This document shows positions 14,458-28,722 of a stretch of DNA of 64,000 nucleotides, piece after piece. This DNA comes from the human T2T-CHM13v2.0 reference genome, Homo sapiens. The DNA is taken from assembly GCF_009914755.1 (NCBI RefSeq), contig NC_060942.1; one strand, written 5' to 3'. The notes under the pieces were generated by a model that was not told where the DNA came from, did not search any database, and worked only from the letters and a program-made list of their open reading frames with translations. The position numbers were made by a program, and so were the translations under genes. Every line of letters begins with the position of its first letter. Position 1 is the first letter of the stretch.

Positions 14458-15085
14458 TGTGGCAAGCAGAATGCTAAGATGGCCCTTAAGAGTCAAGGCC
14501 CTTGATCTATGCACACCTTCTACTAGTTATTCGATCAAATGATCCCGTGGTTGTTGCTGTGAAGGTATTTTGGAGAAGTAATTAAGGTCCCAATCAGTTG
14601 ACCTTAAGATGGAGAAATTATTAGAGTGGACCTGACCCAATCCTATGAGCCCTTTAAATCTTGGTCAAGAGGTGAGAGTCAGGGAAGTCAGGGAGATGCA
14701 AAGCCTGAGAGGGTTTTGACAAGAGTGACATTCTCCTGCTAACTTTGAAGATAAGGGTTCCAATAGCAAGACTCAGAGCAGCCTCTAGCTGCTAAGAGAG
14801 GCCGTGCTGACAGCCAACCAGGAAATGGGGAGCTCATTCCTGCAATAGCAAAAAAAATGAATATGGGGAGCAACTCAGATGAGCTTGGCAGTGTATTCTT
14901 CTTCAGAGCCTCCAGAAAGGAGCACAGCCTGGTTGATACCCTAATTTCAGCTTCGTAAGACACTGAACAGAGAACTCCATCATGCTGCGCCCAGACATCT
15001 GATGAGCCAATAAATGCACACAGCTATGCAGGTGTGAGCTAATAAATTTGTTGTAATTCATTATGCAGTAATAAAAAACTAGTAA
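14458..15085 (+). mobile_element. MaLR LTR (MLT1-type)
   Basis: tgtggcaagcagaatgctaagatggccc start; cagagcctccagaaagga; gttatgcagtaataaaaaact-like end. Confidence 0.7.
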
Positions 15086-15906
15086 AATTACTATTAGCTA
15101 AGCTCCAGACTTTATTTAAATTTTATCATTTTAAAAAATCAATATTATTTTTCTGTTGTAAGATACAGTACAGGGTATAACTATGCATTTAGTTATCATG
15201 TCTTGGTCTCTTCTGATCCCTGGATCAATGACAATTTCTCATGCTTTCCTTGTTTTTCATGACCTTGGCAGTTTTGAGGGGTACTGGGCAGGTATTTTGT
15301 ATTTTGGGCTTGTCTGATTTATTTTCTCATGATTAGAGAAGGGGTATGGGCTTTTGGAAAGGATATCACAGAGGTGAAATGCCTTTTTATTTCATCATAT
15401 GAGGGGGTCCCCGATATCTACATGACATCACTGGGGTGTTAACCTTGATCACTTGGTTAAGGTAGAGTTTGCCAGGTTTTTCCAATGTAAAGTTTCTAGT
15501 TTTTCCTTTCCATACTATACATTATTTGAAAGCAAGTCATGAAGTCCAGCCCACCTTCTTAGGGGAGGGTTTAAGCTCCGCTTTCTGAAAGGGAGAATAC
15601 CTGTATTATTTGGTATTTTTCTGTAAGGAAAAATTCAGGAGTATGTAAAAAAATTAATAATCAACTTTGTTAAGATATAATTTATGTAACATAAAATGTA
15701 CCCATTAAAGCCTAGGATTTGATGAGTTTTGACAAATGAATACAGGAATGAAAACACCACAGTGACTAAGATACACAACACCATCCTCCAAGTTTGCTGC
15801 TTCTGCTTCCCAGGGAACCACGCATGCAGCCTTGGCCCAGCAACCTCTAGTCTGCTTTTCATCGCTACAGAGGAGATTTGCCATTTCCAGGTTTGTGTGT
15901 TTCTTG

Positions 15907-16056
15907 TTTTTTTTTTTTAATTTTTTAATTTTTTTATTATTATTATACTTTAAGTTTTAGGGTACATGTGCACAATGTGCAGGTTAGTTACATATGTATA
16001 CATGTGCCATGCTGGTGTGCTGCACCCACTAACTCATCATCTAGCATTAGGTATAT
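15907..16056 (-). mobile_element. Young L1PA 3'-end fragment (~150 bp)
   Basis: ttattatactttaagttttagggtacatgtgcacaatgtgcaggttagttacatatgtatacatgtgccatgctgg. Confidence 0.88.
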
Positions 16057-16204
16057 AGAGACAGCATCTTATTCTGTCACCCAGCTTGAAGCTCAGTGGT
16101 GTGATCATAGCTCACTGTAACCTCAAACTCTTGGGCTCAAGCAATCCTCCTGCCTCAGCCTCCCAAAGTGCTGGGATTACAGCCACAAGCCATCACACCT
16201 AGCC
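16057..16204 (-). mobile_element. Alu monomer (FLAM/FAM-like)
   Basis: Single antisense monomer gagacagcatctta...cctcccaaagtgctgggattacag. Confidence 0.75.
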
Positions 16205-18421
16205 AATTTTCAGGTTTTATACAAAGGGAATGATATAGCATGTAGCTCTTTGTGTTTGACTTCTTTTGCTCAGTGATATGTTTTTGACATTCATCAATGT
16301 TTTGGGGATGTCAGTAGATTGTTACTTTCTATTGACAAGCAGTATGTCATTATATGGAAAAGCATATTTTGTTTATTCATCGATGGGCATTTATGTTGTT
16401 GCCAGTGTTTGGCTATTGTGAATAACTACTATGAAAATTTGTGGGCATAAGTTTTGTGTGGGCACATGTTTTCATTCTTTTGGGTAGATACTTACAGTGA
16501 AATTGCTGGGTCATATGATAAGTGTAAGCTTCGATTTGTAAGAAACTGCCAAAGTGTTCTCCAAAGAGGTTCTATCATTTTATATTCCTATCAGCAATGC
16601 ACGAGCAGTCCAGCAGCTCTGTGTCCTCTCTAATATTTAGTATGGTCAGTCTTCTTTATTATAGCCATTCTACTTGCTATAATTTAAGTAGCATCTCATT
16701 GTGGTTTTAATTTTTGCATTTCTTTTAGGACTAATTATGTGGAGCATCTTTTCTTATGCTTATTGGCCATATGCATATCTTATTTTGTGAAATGTCTGTT
16801 TAAATCTTTGCCCATTTTAAAATTATTTTGCTGATTTTCTTACTGACTTGTAATTGTTTTTTAATGTATTCTAAATACAAGGCCTGTGTGAGATCCATAG
16901 ATTGCATCTTGATAATGTTTTCGAAGAGTGGTTTTAAATTTCCGTGAAGTTTAATTCTTTAACTTTATTTTATGTTTTCTACTTTTCTCTGTATTAAGAA
17001 ATATTTGCCAATTTTAATTTTGCTAAAACTTTTATCCTTTTTTTCTAGAGGTTTTATAGTTTTAACTTTCATATTCAGGCCTATGAGTTATTTTGAGTTA
17101 ATTTTTGTGAAGTAAGTGTTGGTGTTAACTGTTTTCTATGCAGATATTCAATTGTTTTAGGGTCATTTGTTGAAAAGACTCCTTATTCTAATGAATTAAT
17201 TACCTTGGACACTTTGTGACATGTAAATATACAGGCTATATCTGAATTCTTCGTTTTTCTACTAAGCTGTGTCTATCATTATCTCGATACCACACTATCC
17301 CTGATAATAGTCCTTGTCCTGAAATTTAATTTGTCTGATATGAATGTAACTACTCAAGATTTCATATGTTAGTGTTGGCATGGTATTTTCTTTTTGCATG
17401 TTTGATTTTTATCTTAAAGGTGCCATTACATTTAAAGTGAATTTTCACATAGACATCATATATTTGGATGCTATAGTCACATCGTGAAGACAGGATAGAT
17501 CCCCTCACCCACCTAAAATTGGTTGAATGTTGTGGCTGATGATGCTACACATGCACCAGGAGAGTATGAAGAGATTTATTACTCATGTAATGAGGCTTTC
17601 TGGAGAGAGCAGAGAAGATTCCCAAGCAGGCTTGAGAGAGTCAGGAGGGTCAACTGGCTTTGGCTTTTATTGTGGTTAGGGGCTGGGGCTGGGGCTGGGG
17701 TGAGGGTTTCTGTAATGGTCAGGGCTTGCTTGGTTTGAACTACCCGCAGGTACCAAGGGAGGAACCTCAGGGCTTTCTTCCCAAGCACATGTGGATCAGA
17801 GGGAGAGAGAGAAGGTGGGGTTTGATGCTGTCAGCAGTCAACCATCAAAAGTGGAGCCAGGCTCCATTACATTGGATACTTGCTTTGTAACGCAGTCTGA
17901 CAGTTTCTGTCTTTCCAATAGAGTGTCCAACAACATTTATGGTAATTATCATTGAGCTTGGGCTTGAATTTGCCATATTGCCATTTATTTTTTCCTTGTC
18001 TCATCTGTTCATTGCTCCCCTCTTCTTCTTTTCCTGACTTCCTTCTGACTATTTTAGTATTCTATTTCATCTCCACTCTTGGCCTACTCATAGCTGCTTT
18101 ACAGGTTACAATATTCATATTTAACTTATTAAGGGCTACCTTCAAACAATATTATTCAACTTAATTTTTAATGTGACAACCTTACCACAGTGTACTTCCA
18201 TTTCACCCTCTCATCCTTTGTGCTATGGTAGTCATTGATTTTATTTCTACATTTCTTATAGCCCCTGTAATACCTTTCTATTCCTTTTGCTTCAATTAGT
18301 CACTCATATTTTAAAATTGAGCAAAACATCTTTTATATTTATCCACATATTTACATTTGGTGTTTCTTCATTCTTTTGAAGTTTCTATTTCGTACCTACT
18401 GCCTAAAGAAGTCTTGGGGGA

Positions 18422-18753
18422 GGCCAGGCAAGGTAGCTCACACCTGTAATCCCAGCACTTTGGGAGGCTGAGGTGGGTGGATGATGAGGTCAGGAGTTCA
18501 AGACCAGCCTGGCCAAGGTGGTGAAACCCTGTCTCTACTAAAAACACAAAAAACAAAAACAAAAACAAAACACAACAAACAAAAAAACAAATTAGCCGGG
18601 TGCAGTGGCAAGTGCCTATAATCCCAGCTACTTGGGAGGTTGAGACAGGAGAATCGCTTGAACCCGAGCAGCAGAGGTTTCAGTGAGCTGAGATCACGCC
18701 ACTAAACTCCAGCCTGGGTGACAGAGTAAGACTGTGTCTCAAAAAAACAAAAA
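18422..18753 (+). mobile_element. Alu (AluS-type)
   Basis: Dimer with expanded A/C-rich linker; TSD aagtcttggggga. Confidence 0.92.
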
Positions 18754-18929
18754 AGTCTTGGGGGAATTCCAACAACTTTTTCACTAGAAGTATAGAGGTG
18801 ACCTGACCCCTCAGCATAGATATGGTGGACCCACAGGGACATACAGTTGAAACTATATTATTTTACCTTTTTTGAGACTCTGAATATCTGAATAGAAAGA
18901 GGTAAAAGAAAGCAAGCATGATTTTTAAA

Positions 18930-19010
18930 CCTGTGCTGTTCAATAGGGTAGCAACCAGCCATATGTGGCTACATTCATTTAAATTAATTAAAATGGGAAA
19001 ATTTAGTTTT
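18930..19010. mobile_element. hAT-Charlie MITE fragment (MER33/MER3-like)
   Basis: ctgtgctgttcaatagggtagcaaccagccatatgtggcta...tttaaattaattaaa. Confidence 0.55.
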
Positions 19011-19448
19011 TATATTAGTTATCTATTGGTGCATTTAAAATACCCCAAAATATAGCAGCTAAAAATGATAAACATTTCTGATCTCACATTTCCTGGGGGT
19101 CAAGAATCTCCCAGAGCTTAGGTGGGTGCCTACGGCTCCAGGTCTCTCAGGAGTTTGTAGTCAAGCTATCCCCAGGTCTGCAGTCATCTCTAGGCTCACC
19201 TGGAGCTGCAGAATCTGCCTCCAAGCTCACTCATACAGCTGTTGTCTTCCTGTCTCAAATGTACCATCAATTTTTTTAAGTATTAAAAGTTTACTTTTTT
19301 GTGGTGCTCTCATTTACTTATCCTATGAAGAAGTATATACTCTGCTAAAAGGTTTCTTAAAGGAAGGAATTGACCAATAGAATGCTGGAAGTAACCTTAG
19401 AACTCATCTATTCAATCCTTCATTTAAACAATGAGAAACAGAAGCCCT

Positions 19449-19817
<369 letters not shown>

Positions 19818-19891
19818 TCATATGCAAATTTTTAATATTTGATTAGCATAACCACCATAAATTCCATACCCCATTATTGATACTAATTAAC

Positions 19892-20715
19892 TGTATTAGT
19901 CCATTTTCACACTGCTATAAAGAACTGCCTGACACTGGGTAATTTAAAAAGGAAAGGGGTTTAATTGACTCACGGGTCAGCATGGATGGGGAGGCCTTAG
20001 GAAACTTAACAATCATGGTGGAAGGCAAAGGGGAAGCAAGACACCTTCTTCACAAGGTGACAGGAAGGAGGATGAAAGAAGGAGGAACTTGCCAGACACA
20101 TATAAACCATAAAAACTTATGAGAACTCACTCACTATCACGAGAACAGCATGGGGGAAGCTGCCCCCATGATTCAATTATCTCCACCTGGTCTCTCCCTT
20201 GACACATGGGGATTATGCAGATTATGGGAATTATAATTCAGGATGAGATTTTGGGTGGGGACACAGCTAAACTGTATTATTCCACCCCTGCCCTTCCCAA
20301 ATCTCATGTCCTCATAATCTTGCCTTTCCAACAGTCCCCCAAAGCCTTTATTCATTTCAACATTAACCCAATAGTCCAAGTCCAAAGTCTCATCTAAGAC
20401 AAGGCAAGTCCCTTCTACTTATGAGCCAGTAAAATAAAAAACAAGTTATTTCCTTCCAAGATATAGTGGGGGTACGGGCATTGGGTAAATACACCTGTTC
20501 CCAATGAGAGACATTGGCCAAAACAAAGGGGCTGCAGGTCCCATGCAAGTCTGAAATCCAGCGAGGTTGTCAAATCTTAAAGCTCTGAAATGATCTCCTT
20601 CAGCTCCATGTCTCACATCCAGGTCATGCCGATACAAGAGGCGGGCTCCCATGGCCTTGGGCAGCCCCACCCTGGTGGCTTTGCACGGTACAGCTCTTGA
20701 AACTCCCTAACTTTT
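19892..20715 (-). mobile_element. MaLR MST/THE1-type LTR plus truncated internal region
   Basis: tgtattagtccattttcacactgctataaag...gagattttgggtggggacacagc, then internal-like gtccaagtccaaagtctcatct. Confidence 0.8.
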
Positions 20716-20811
20716 CTCCAATTGTCAGCTACTGAGTGGATCCTTCACTGGTTTGTTCTCTTGCCTGGCAAGTAAACTCAGTGCTGCTTTCTTAGCCCCA
20801 GTGGCCTCTGC

Positions 20812-20982
20812 TTCATCCTTTGACAGGGCACACAGTAAGGTGATACCAGAACTGGGAAACTGAAGCCTGCTATCATGACTCCCAGTGGGGTTGTCTCCCC
20901 ACCCCAAATGCACAGAGTTGTCCTCTGAGAGCATTACCCACATAGGTCTGAAGAAATCCAATCCTGGGCCAATTCACTGAGT
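20812..20982 (+). repeat. 171-bp segment duplicated in direct orientation at 23005-23175
   Basis: Aligned by eye, about 12 mismatches in 171 (~93%). Confidence 0.93.
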
Positions 20983-21469
20983 CCAGAGCAGATTCACCAT
21001 GAGTTTAACTAACAGATCTTGTGATATGCAAACACTTCAGTCCTCCTGGTCTCCCCACACAGACCCTTTGATATTGCCACATCTGTCCCCTGTGAGGTAG
21101 GAGTGCTGTGCAGTTGACAGCATTTGTGAAAAGACTTGGAGTAAAATGTACAGAATCCAGGGATTTCCCCAAGTCTCACCTGTGGGCTGGCTGTTCTTTG
21201 CTGGGGCTCCAGGATGTTTGAGGATCTGGTCTCAGTTTTACAGAATCAGGTGCATTTTGTTTGTTTCTGGATCTATAACTTGTTAGATCCTAGGGATCTA
21301 GTTTAATTCTATTCAATGTATATCCTTTAAGTACTCACTGCAAAAAATATAAGCATGAGTGGAACAATCCTTGCTGTTGAAGGACGTCCAATTTGGTGGT
21401 AGAAACAGACGTGAAAATACAGCAGCCTACGATGATACTAGTGATCTAAAGGAAACTTTCATTAGTTCA

Positions 21470-22057
<588 letters not shown>

Positions 22058-23204
22058 TTATTTTTCACTTGTCATCCTAAGCTGCTTTGTAGGAGCTTGT
22101 CTCATAAAAGAGACATCATTATGAAAATGTATCCTAGATCAGATGTGTTTTGTGGTAACCTGCTTCTGCTGTAGTATTAGAGAGAGAGCCTGGGCTCATT
22201 CATGAATCCCAAGCCTGACCAACAAGTCATCTGTAAACCCTCTCTCTGGAGAAGATTATTTTACTGAACAAGGTCCACAACATCACATTAACTTTAGGGA
22301 ACTTTGGAGAGTTTTCATGTCAGAGATTGATATTTTCTGACTTTGTCTTGAGGTCAGTAGTCCCCTGGAGATTAACTAGGGACCATAATCTGCTTTAAAC
22401 CAAATCAGGGAAGCCTGCTTGTCATGACAGTAGCAGAGCTGAGTAACAATAGGAGAAAGTAGGAAGTTAGAACCAGGGAAAGGGATGAGCTTTGATTTCG
22501 TAGGAAGAACTATTCTTTTCCTACCCACAAATATCTGGTTCATATATCAAAAACATGCAAACAGAGAAACTCATGTTGGTATTGTGGGACTTGTGAATAA
22601 ACAAAATCTATTTTATAAATATGATATTCTAATTTTGAGACGCATTTGCTACTTCAGTGATCATTAAAAGTAAAAAACTAAACACAACAAATTATAATAT
22701 TAAAATCAGTTTTTAAAAACCAGCTATAAATGGTTTATATTTCCAAAATATCATTTGAGTATTCATTAAACTGTGTAAGGTGGCAGTGACTCTTCCTAAG
22801 ACAATGTATTTCATACCAGATGCTTATTTGCTTTCTTGAAGACTCTGCCATTGAGTCTTTTTATGTTCCCAATACATTCAGGAGCTGGAAGTTTCAGAGC
22901 TATTGTCAGAGAGCTGAGCTCTAGCTGCCCCAAAGTTCTGATCGCTCTCTCTCTCCAAATATAATATAATATAATAAATATAAAATAAAATAAAATAAAA
23001 TAAATTCATCCTTTGACAAGGCACACAGCTAGGTGATACCGGAACTGGGAAACTGAAGCCTGGTGTCATGACTCCCAGTGGGGTTGTCTCCCCACCCCAA
23101 CCGCACACAGTTGTCCCCTGAGAGTATTACCCACATAGGTCTGAAGAAATCCAATCCTGGGTCAATTCACTGAGTATATCTATGGAGAATATAACATATA
23201 TTTA

Positions 23205-23533
23205 GAATGACGAAAGTGCTTTCTTTGTCTACTACCATTGTGGAGAGAGTTTCTGGGTTGGAAGAAGATTTTAGTTTTAATCATATTTTTCCAACACATT
23301 CCACAATTATGAAGAGTGTGCTGATATATATCTATATGATATGTGTACATATATGCACACATATCAAGTATATTTTATATATATATATATACACACACAT
23401 ATCTAGGATATATCTATATCTATGTATCTATCTACACATATCAAGTTTTGAGATACATATATCTGATATATATATATATATCTCAGAACTTGATGTGCAT
23501 GTATGTGTGTGTGTATATATATATGCATATATA

Positions 23534-23568
<35 letters not shown>

Positions 23569-23978
23569 GCATCCTAGATATGTAATAAGTCACTCTAAGA
23601 ATGACAACTTGGAGGGGAAGGTACAAAAAGCCCCAAGTTCCCTGTGAGCCTGTTCAGTCTTGATGAGGTCCCAGTGCACTCCTGCACCTGGGTTCCCTCA
23701 GAGTACTGAGGTCCAAGCCTCTTAATAAAATTATATCTAAGGGTCTCTCCATTCCACAATGCATCAAATGCGGGTAAGAAAACAAAGCCTCCTCTCTTCA
23801 ATGTCACAATTACCAAGCATATTTTCCTTAAGCATCTCATAAGAGGGTTCTGCTGGAACAAAGCACACTCTTCATAATTGTGGAAGTGTTGGAAAAATAT
23901 AATTAAAACTAAAATCTTCTTCCAACCCAGAAACCCTCTCGACCACGGTAGTAGAGAAAGAAGGCGCTTTCATTATTC
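23205..23978. repeat. Inverted repeat, arms 23205-23322 and 23862-23978
   Basis: Reverse complement of the left arm matches the right arm with about 11 differences in 118 (~91%). Confidence 0.93.
23323..23583. repeat. (TA)n/(TG)n/(CA)n low-complexity block
   Basis: Seen directly; produces the spurious Y/I/C/V-rich ORFs. Confidence 0.9.
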
Positions 23979-24586
23979 AATAAGCATTGAACCAGAATGG
24001 GATCACAGGCAATCTGCTAAGAGATGGCCAAGTCAGGAAAAAAATCTCACCCTTTTATGCAGACAGGCAGATCCAATCCATTCCATAGATGTTCTCAAAA
24101 TAAACAGTAACTACTCAAGTAAGGGCACTTGACAGACCCATTTATCACACATAATTCATCCCAGGTTCACCTGGTAATTGGGGTGACCATCTGTGTTAGT
24201 TAATTGGTTTTATACATAGGAAAAACAAACTTCTCCTATCTTGAGAGACAGAGGTAGTTTTGCAGCTTGGAGCCAGGTGCCCTCTGATGTTAAGCTCTAC
24301 CCTCCTCCAGAAGCTGAGAGAGAGCGCAGCTATCTCTCCTGATGTTTACATTTCAAAGAGATGGTTCCCAGGTCCTTGAGAAAGATATTTCTTGGTCATA
24401 AAGTTGACAAAAGACATATTTAGTCTTCAAATGAATTAATATACACTTCAAAGGAGGAGGAAATATTTAGAATTATAAACTTTCTAAAGTAAATACTCTG
24501 ATAAAAATGAGGAGAGGAGAATCTCTTCCCTTATCTTTAATAGGAAGAATTAAGACTCTTAATTTTAATTTGTATTTGTCTTTACA
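23887..24586 (-). mobile_element. Solo LTR, probably ERV1 class (MER31/MER67-like)
   Basis: TG...CA termini (tgttggaaaa...gtctttaca); motif cacctggtaattggggtgaccatctgtgttag; family from memory. Confidence 0.55.
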
Positions 24587-25561
24587 AAGGTTAAGTTAAA
24601 TTGGGGTTTTCACATTAGGCCTGTGAACCACAATCTGGTTATCACAACTGTCATATCTCACTCAAAAATGTATGTAAAACAATGTGGTCAGTAATATACT
24701 TTCAATTCTCTTTTTCTTTGAACTCATTGCATTGTTTTCTTTATCACGATTTATTATCTTAAACTAGTATTACCAGATGTTTGGAAATAGTAGTTGCCAA
24801 AACCACTTATCAGAATTACAGTGTATAGAAAATAGCGAATCTTTGTAGACAGTAGTAATGCACTATAATTAGAGGGTACTCTGCTTTGTTTAGTGTGAGT
24901 CAGTTTATTCCAATAGCAGTGTTTATGTCAGACTCTGTTCCTTGAGAGCTGACAGCTTATTAATGCAAAGAGCCATGCCTAGATGGATAGGTAAAATAAA
25001 TCAGACTTAGAGCCAGTGAACTCTTTTAAAATTTAGATTTTATTGATATTTTTAAATAGGTGATACATTCACATGATTCAAAATACAAAAGGTGAAAAGG
25101 GTTTACGCAGTGCACATTCTCTCTGCCACCAGTGTCACCAAGCCACTCAGTTACCCTGCCCTGGACCACATGGTGTTGTTTCTTATATATTCCTTCAGAG
25201 ATATGTTATATGTGTACACACAAATACATGTGCACAGATTTTTTTTGTCTTTTTAACAAAAATGTTATCACACCATATAAACAAATCTCCTCTTTAATTT
25301 TTTTATTTTTTACCAATTCATTCTTCGGTACTGATAAAAATAATAGTAATACAAGTGTTCTTTTTTATCCTTTGAATTCAATGCTTCTTGTGTTTCTAAC
25401 TGCTTTTAGAAACTATTAAACCTGATTTTGGCTTTGAAATTGAGATGGCTACACTTTAATATGTTAAAGAGTCAATTTCTTTCTATTTTATTTTATTTCA
25501 TTACTAGCTTTTATACAACATATATATTAAATTTTGTCACATAATTTTCCAGGATCTATAT

Positions 25562-25765
25562 AGCAGTGCTGTCTCATAGAATGCTCTGTGATGATGAAAA
25601 CGTTCAATAATTACATGGTTCAGTACAATAGCTGCTAGGCGTAGGTGGGTATTGACATGTGACTAGTGAGACAAAGGAAGTGTACTTTTAATTTGCTTAA
25701 TGTTAATTATTTAAATTTAAATAGCCACATGTGAATAACGATTACTGTATGGACAGTGCAATTCC
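25562..25765. mobile_element. MER3 (hAT-Charlie MITE)
   Basis: Terminal inverted repeats cagtgctgtc...ggacagtgc; ctgtgatgatgaaaacgttc; tttaaatttaaatagccacatgtg. Confidence 0.8.
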
Positions 25766-26059
25766 GTAGAGACTTCCCCCTGAGATCTTTTAATATGGTA
25801 AAGTATATTAATATATTTTCTAATATGGCTATCTGGAATAAGCCCATTTAATCATACTGTGGTATTCTAAATTTTCCTTGATTTAAAAATATATACAATG
25901 AATATGTACAGAAGTATATATATGTGTGTGTGTATATATACAGTTTAATAAGAATAGTGATAATAAATAATTTCCCATATATCTTTCCAACAGGTCAATA
26001 AATTGGCCTCAGAATCTGTCTCTCCATACATTGCTTCCTGCAGATATATACTATATGCA

Positions 26060-26192
26060 TTTTATTTTTATTTTTAGTAGAGAGAAAGTCTTGCTATGTT
26101 GCCCAGGTGGTCTTGAACACTTGGGCTCAAGCAATCCTGCCTTGGCCCCCCGAAGTGCTGGGATTATAGGCATGAGCCACTGCACCCAGCCT
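26060..26192 (-). mobile_element. FLAM_C-like Alu monomer
   Basis: tagagag...tcttgctatgttgcccagg...gtgctgggattataggcatgagccac. Confidence 0.75.
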
Positions 26193-26206
26193 ATGTTGAC
26201 TTTTGA

Positions 26207-26490
<284 letters not shown>

Positions 26491-28647
26491 TCCTATTTTT
26501 AAAAATAGTTTTACCAACTACGAATGTACTCCTAAATAATGTGCCAATTAGTTGAAAACACTGAGTAGTAAGCACAAACCTAGCCATATAAGGTAAGGCC
26601 ACTGTCTCCACTATTAGATGAAGATTCCTGGGTAACCTTCACAGGGTAAATGACGTACGCAGAATTGCAGGGCCCTGAGCCTATCTGAGCATTTCCAAGA
26701 GGCCCCTTTGAAGTAGTCAGTGGCTGAAGTAATGAAGGATCTTGGGACGTGTAGGTTTCTCTACAGTTGCAGCATCAGTCAAGTGTTTAGTGTGTCCAAG
26801 GGACTGATTATTTGGTAGAGTAGGTTACAGATGGAGCTGCTCTGGGATTTTGGCTTTTAAGCTCACCTTGGCCTACTTCCAACTCACAGAAGCATCTGTG
26901 GGGAAATGAGTATTCTTAGCTGATCCAGGCATCAGGGTATGAAGAGCAGGAATTTTGTCAGCACGCGGTCAAGACAAGCCAAGTGTAGATAAGACTCTGA
27001 GTCAATATCAGCTGGCCATCCTGTCCTGAAGATCAAAGCATGTTACTATTGCAGCAGTGATCTTGGAAATGATAGTCATCCATGTGTTGCTTTTTCCTTA
27101 AATCATATTCTCTGATATACGCTGATTGGTACACTCTCTGGTCAATAGTTGTCATCTTAGGATCTCTTTTTACTGCCTTTTGGAGATTTCCTTTGCCTTA
27201 CTCCTATACTGGGTATCTATCCTCTTTTCTGTTGTCTCCTGTGTCTTGATTTACTCTCTTATTTGATAGAACATGTCCTTCAGTAGCCTCCTGAGGAAGA
27301 ATGGATATGAGATACATTTTTGAGATTTTGCATGTCTATATATGTCTATATATGTCTATATTCTACCCTCACATTTGATTGGTATTTCTCTGAGTTTGGA
27401 ATTCTAAGTGGAAAATAATTTTTTCCTTCACAATTTTTAAAAGATGTTGCTTTATTGTCCTCTTTCTCTCTTGCCGTGGAGAATTTTGCATCCACTCAGG
27501 TTCCTTATGTGTGATTTGCATTTTTTCCCCTCACTTGAAGCTTTCAGAAACTTTACATCAGTATTCTCAAATTGTACAATATGGGCTTTGATGTGGCTTT
27601 ATTTTCACTTATTGTCCTGGGCACTCAGTGAGTATTTTCACTTACTCTTTTCTTAAAATCTTTGTTTTGAAGTTTGGGTAATTTTTATGAACCTATATTC
27701 AGGTCACAGATCATTCTCTCCATGGAAAATCTACCAGTAAATGCTTCAAAGGCATTTTCATCTCTGTTATTATGTTTTTTATTTCTACCATTTCTCTTTT
27801 GCACTTTCCATCTTTCTATTGAAATTTCCAATATGGTTTGAACATTGTCAAGACTTTTCACCATTTAATATATTAATTATATATAAGAATGTGTGTATAT
27901 ATAGATACATGATTACATATTAGAATGTTAGAATATTAGAATATGTGTCCTAAATGAAACAGAAATATTTAACTCCCACATAGACTGTTATTCATGAACC
28001 ACAGTGTAATCAGCATTTGACTTGTTGATCATGGCAAAAGAGGAGTGAATTCCAAGGCCCATGCAGTCAGTGCTTCTGGAGGATGACAGATCAGTTCCTA
28101 AGTGGACAGCATGAATCTGTAACATTAAATTGATCAACCCAGTGGAGGGTAGAAAGCCAAGTGAAGAGCACCAGGCTGGAAGTCAGGAAGCTAGAGTTTC
28201 TATTCCAGTTCTGCCCTGACAACTGCGAACTCAGAAGGCAATTAAGTTATTTGGACTTTAATTGCAAAAATGAAGAAAATTGTATAAATGATTTCTAATA
28301 CCACTTTTAACACCCCCTTTAAAATTATTCGCTATCTAATTTTAATGAAAAATGAATAATCAACAATTAATTCAGACATAAAGATGAAATTATGGCCAAC
28401 TACTTTAGCAATAAAAACAAATCTTGTTCATGTTCATCTCTAAATCCTATGTGCCAAGTTTAGGGTCAGACAATTGGAACGACCTTGGGCTGTTGTGTTT
28501 ATCTTTCTGAGCTTCAGTTTAAAAACATTTAAATTGGTTTTATAAGAATTTCTACTTTATTGAGTTATAATAAATAGAGCATGTGCTCATTAAAGAATCT
28601 GGGACACAGTGTGTATTCAATTGATGTTAACTACTATTTTTTTTGCT

Positions 28648-28722
28648 ATCATCATCATCATCATCATTTTATGACCGCCGCCATCACCTCCACTACCACC
28701 ATTAGCAGCAGCAGCAGCAGTG
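28648..28722. repeat. Mixed trinucleotide tract (ATC)n / (ACC)n / (AGC)n
   Basis: Seen directly. Confidence 0.8.

Noticed and set aside
23207-23647. 146-aa Y/I/C/V-rich ORF and near-identical peptides from ORFs 23180-23362 (-) and 23878-24132 (+)
   Set aside because: Caused by the TA/TG microsatellite and the DNA inverted repeat
28648-28722. CAG/CAT trinucleotide tract as a coding or expansion locus
   Set aside because: Short, interrupted and intergenic
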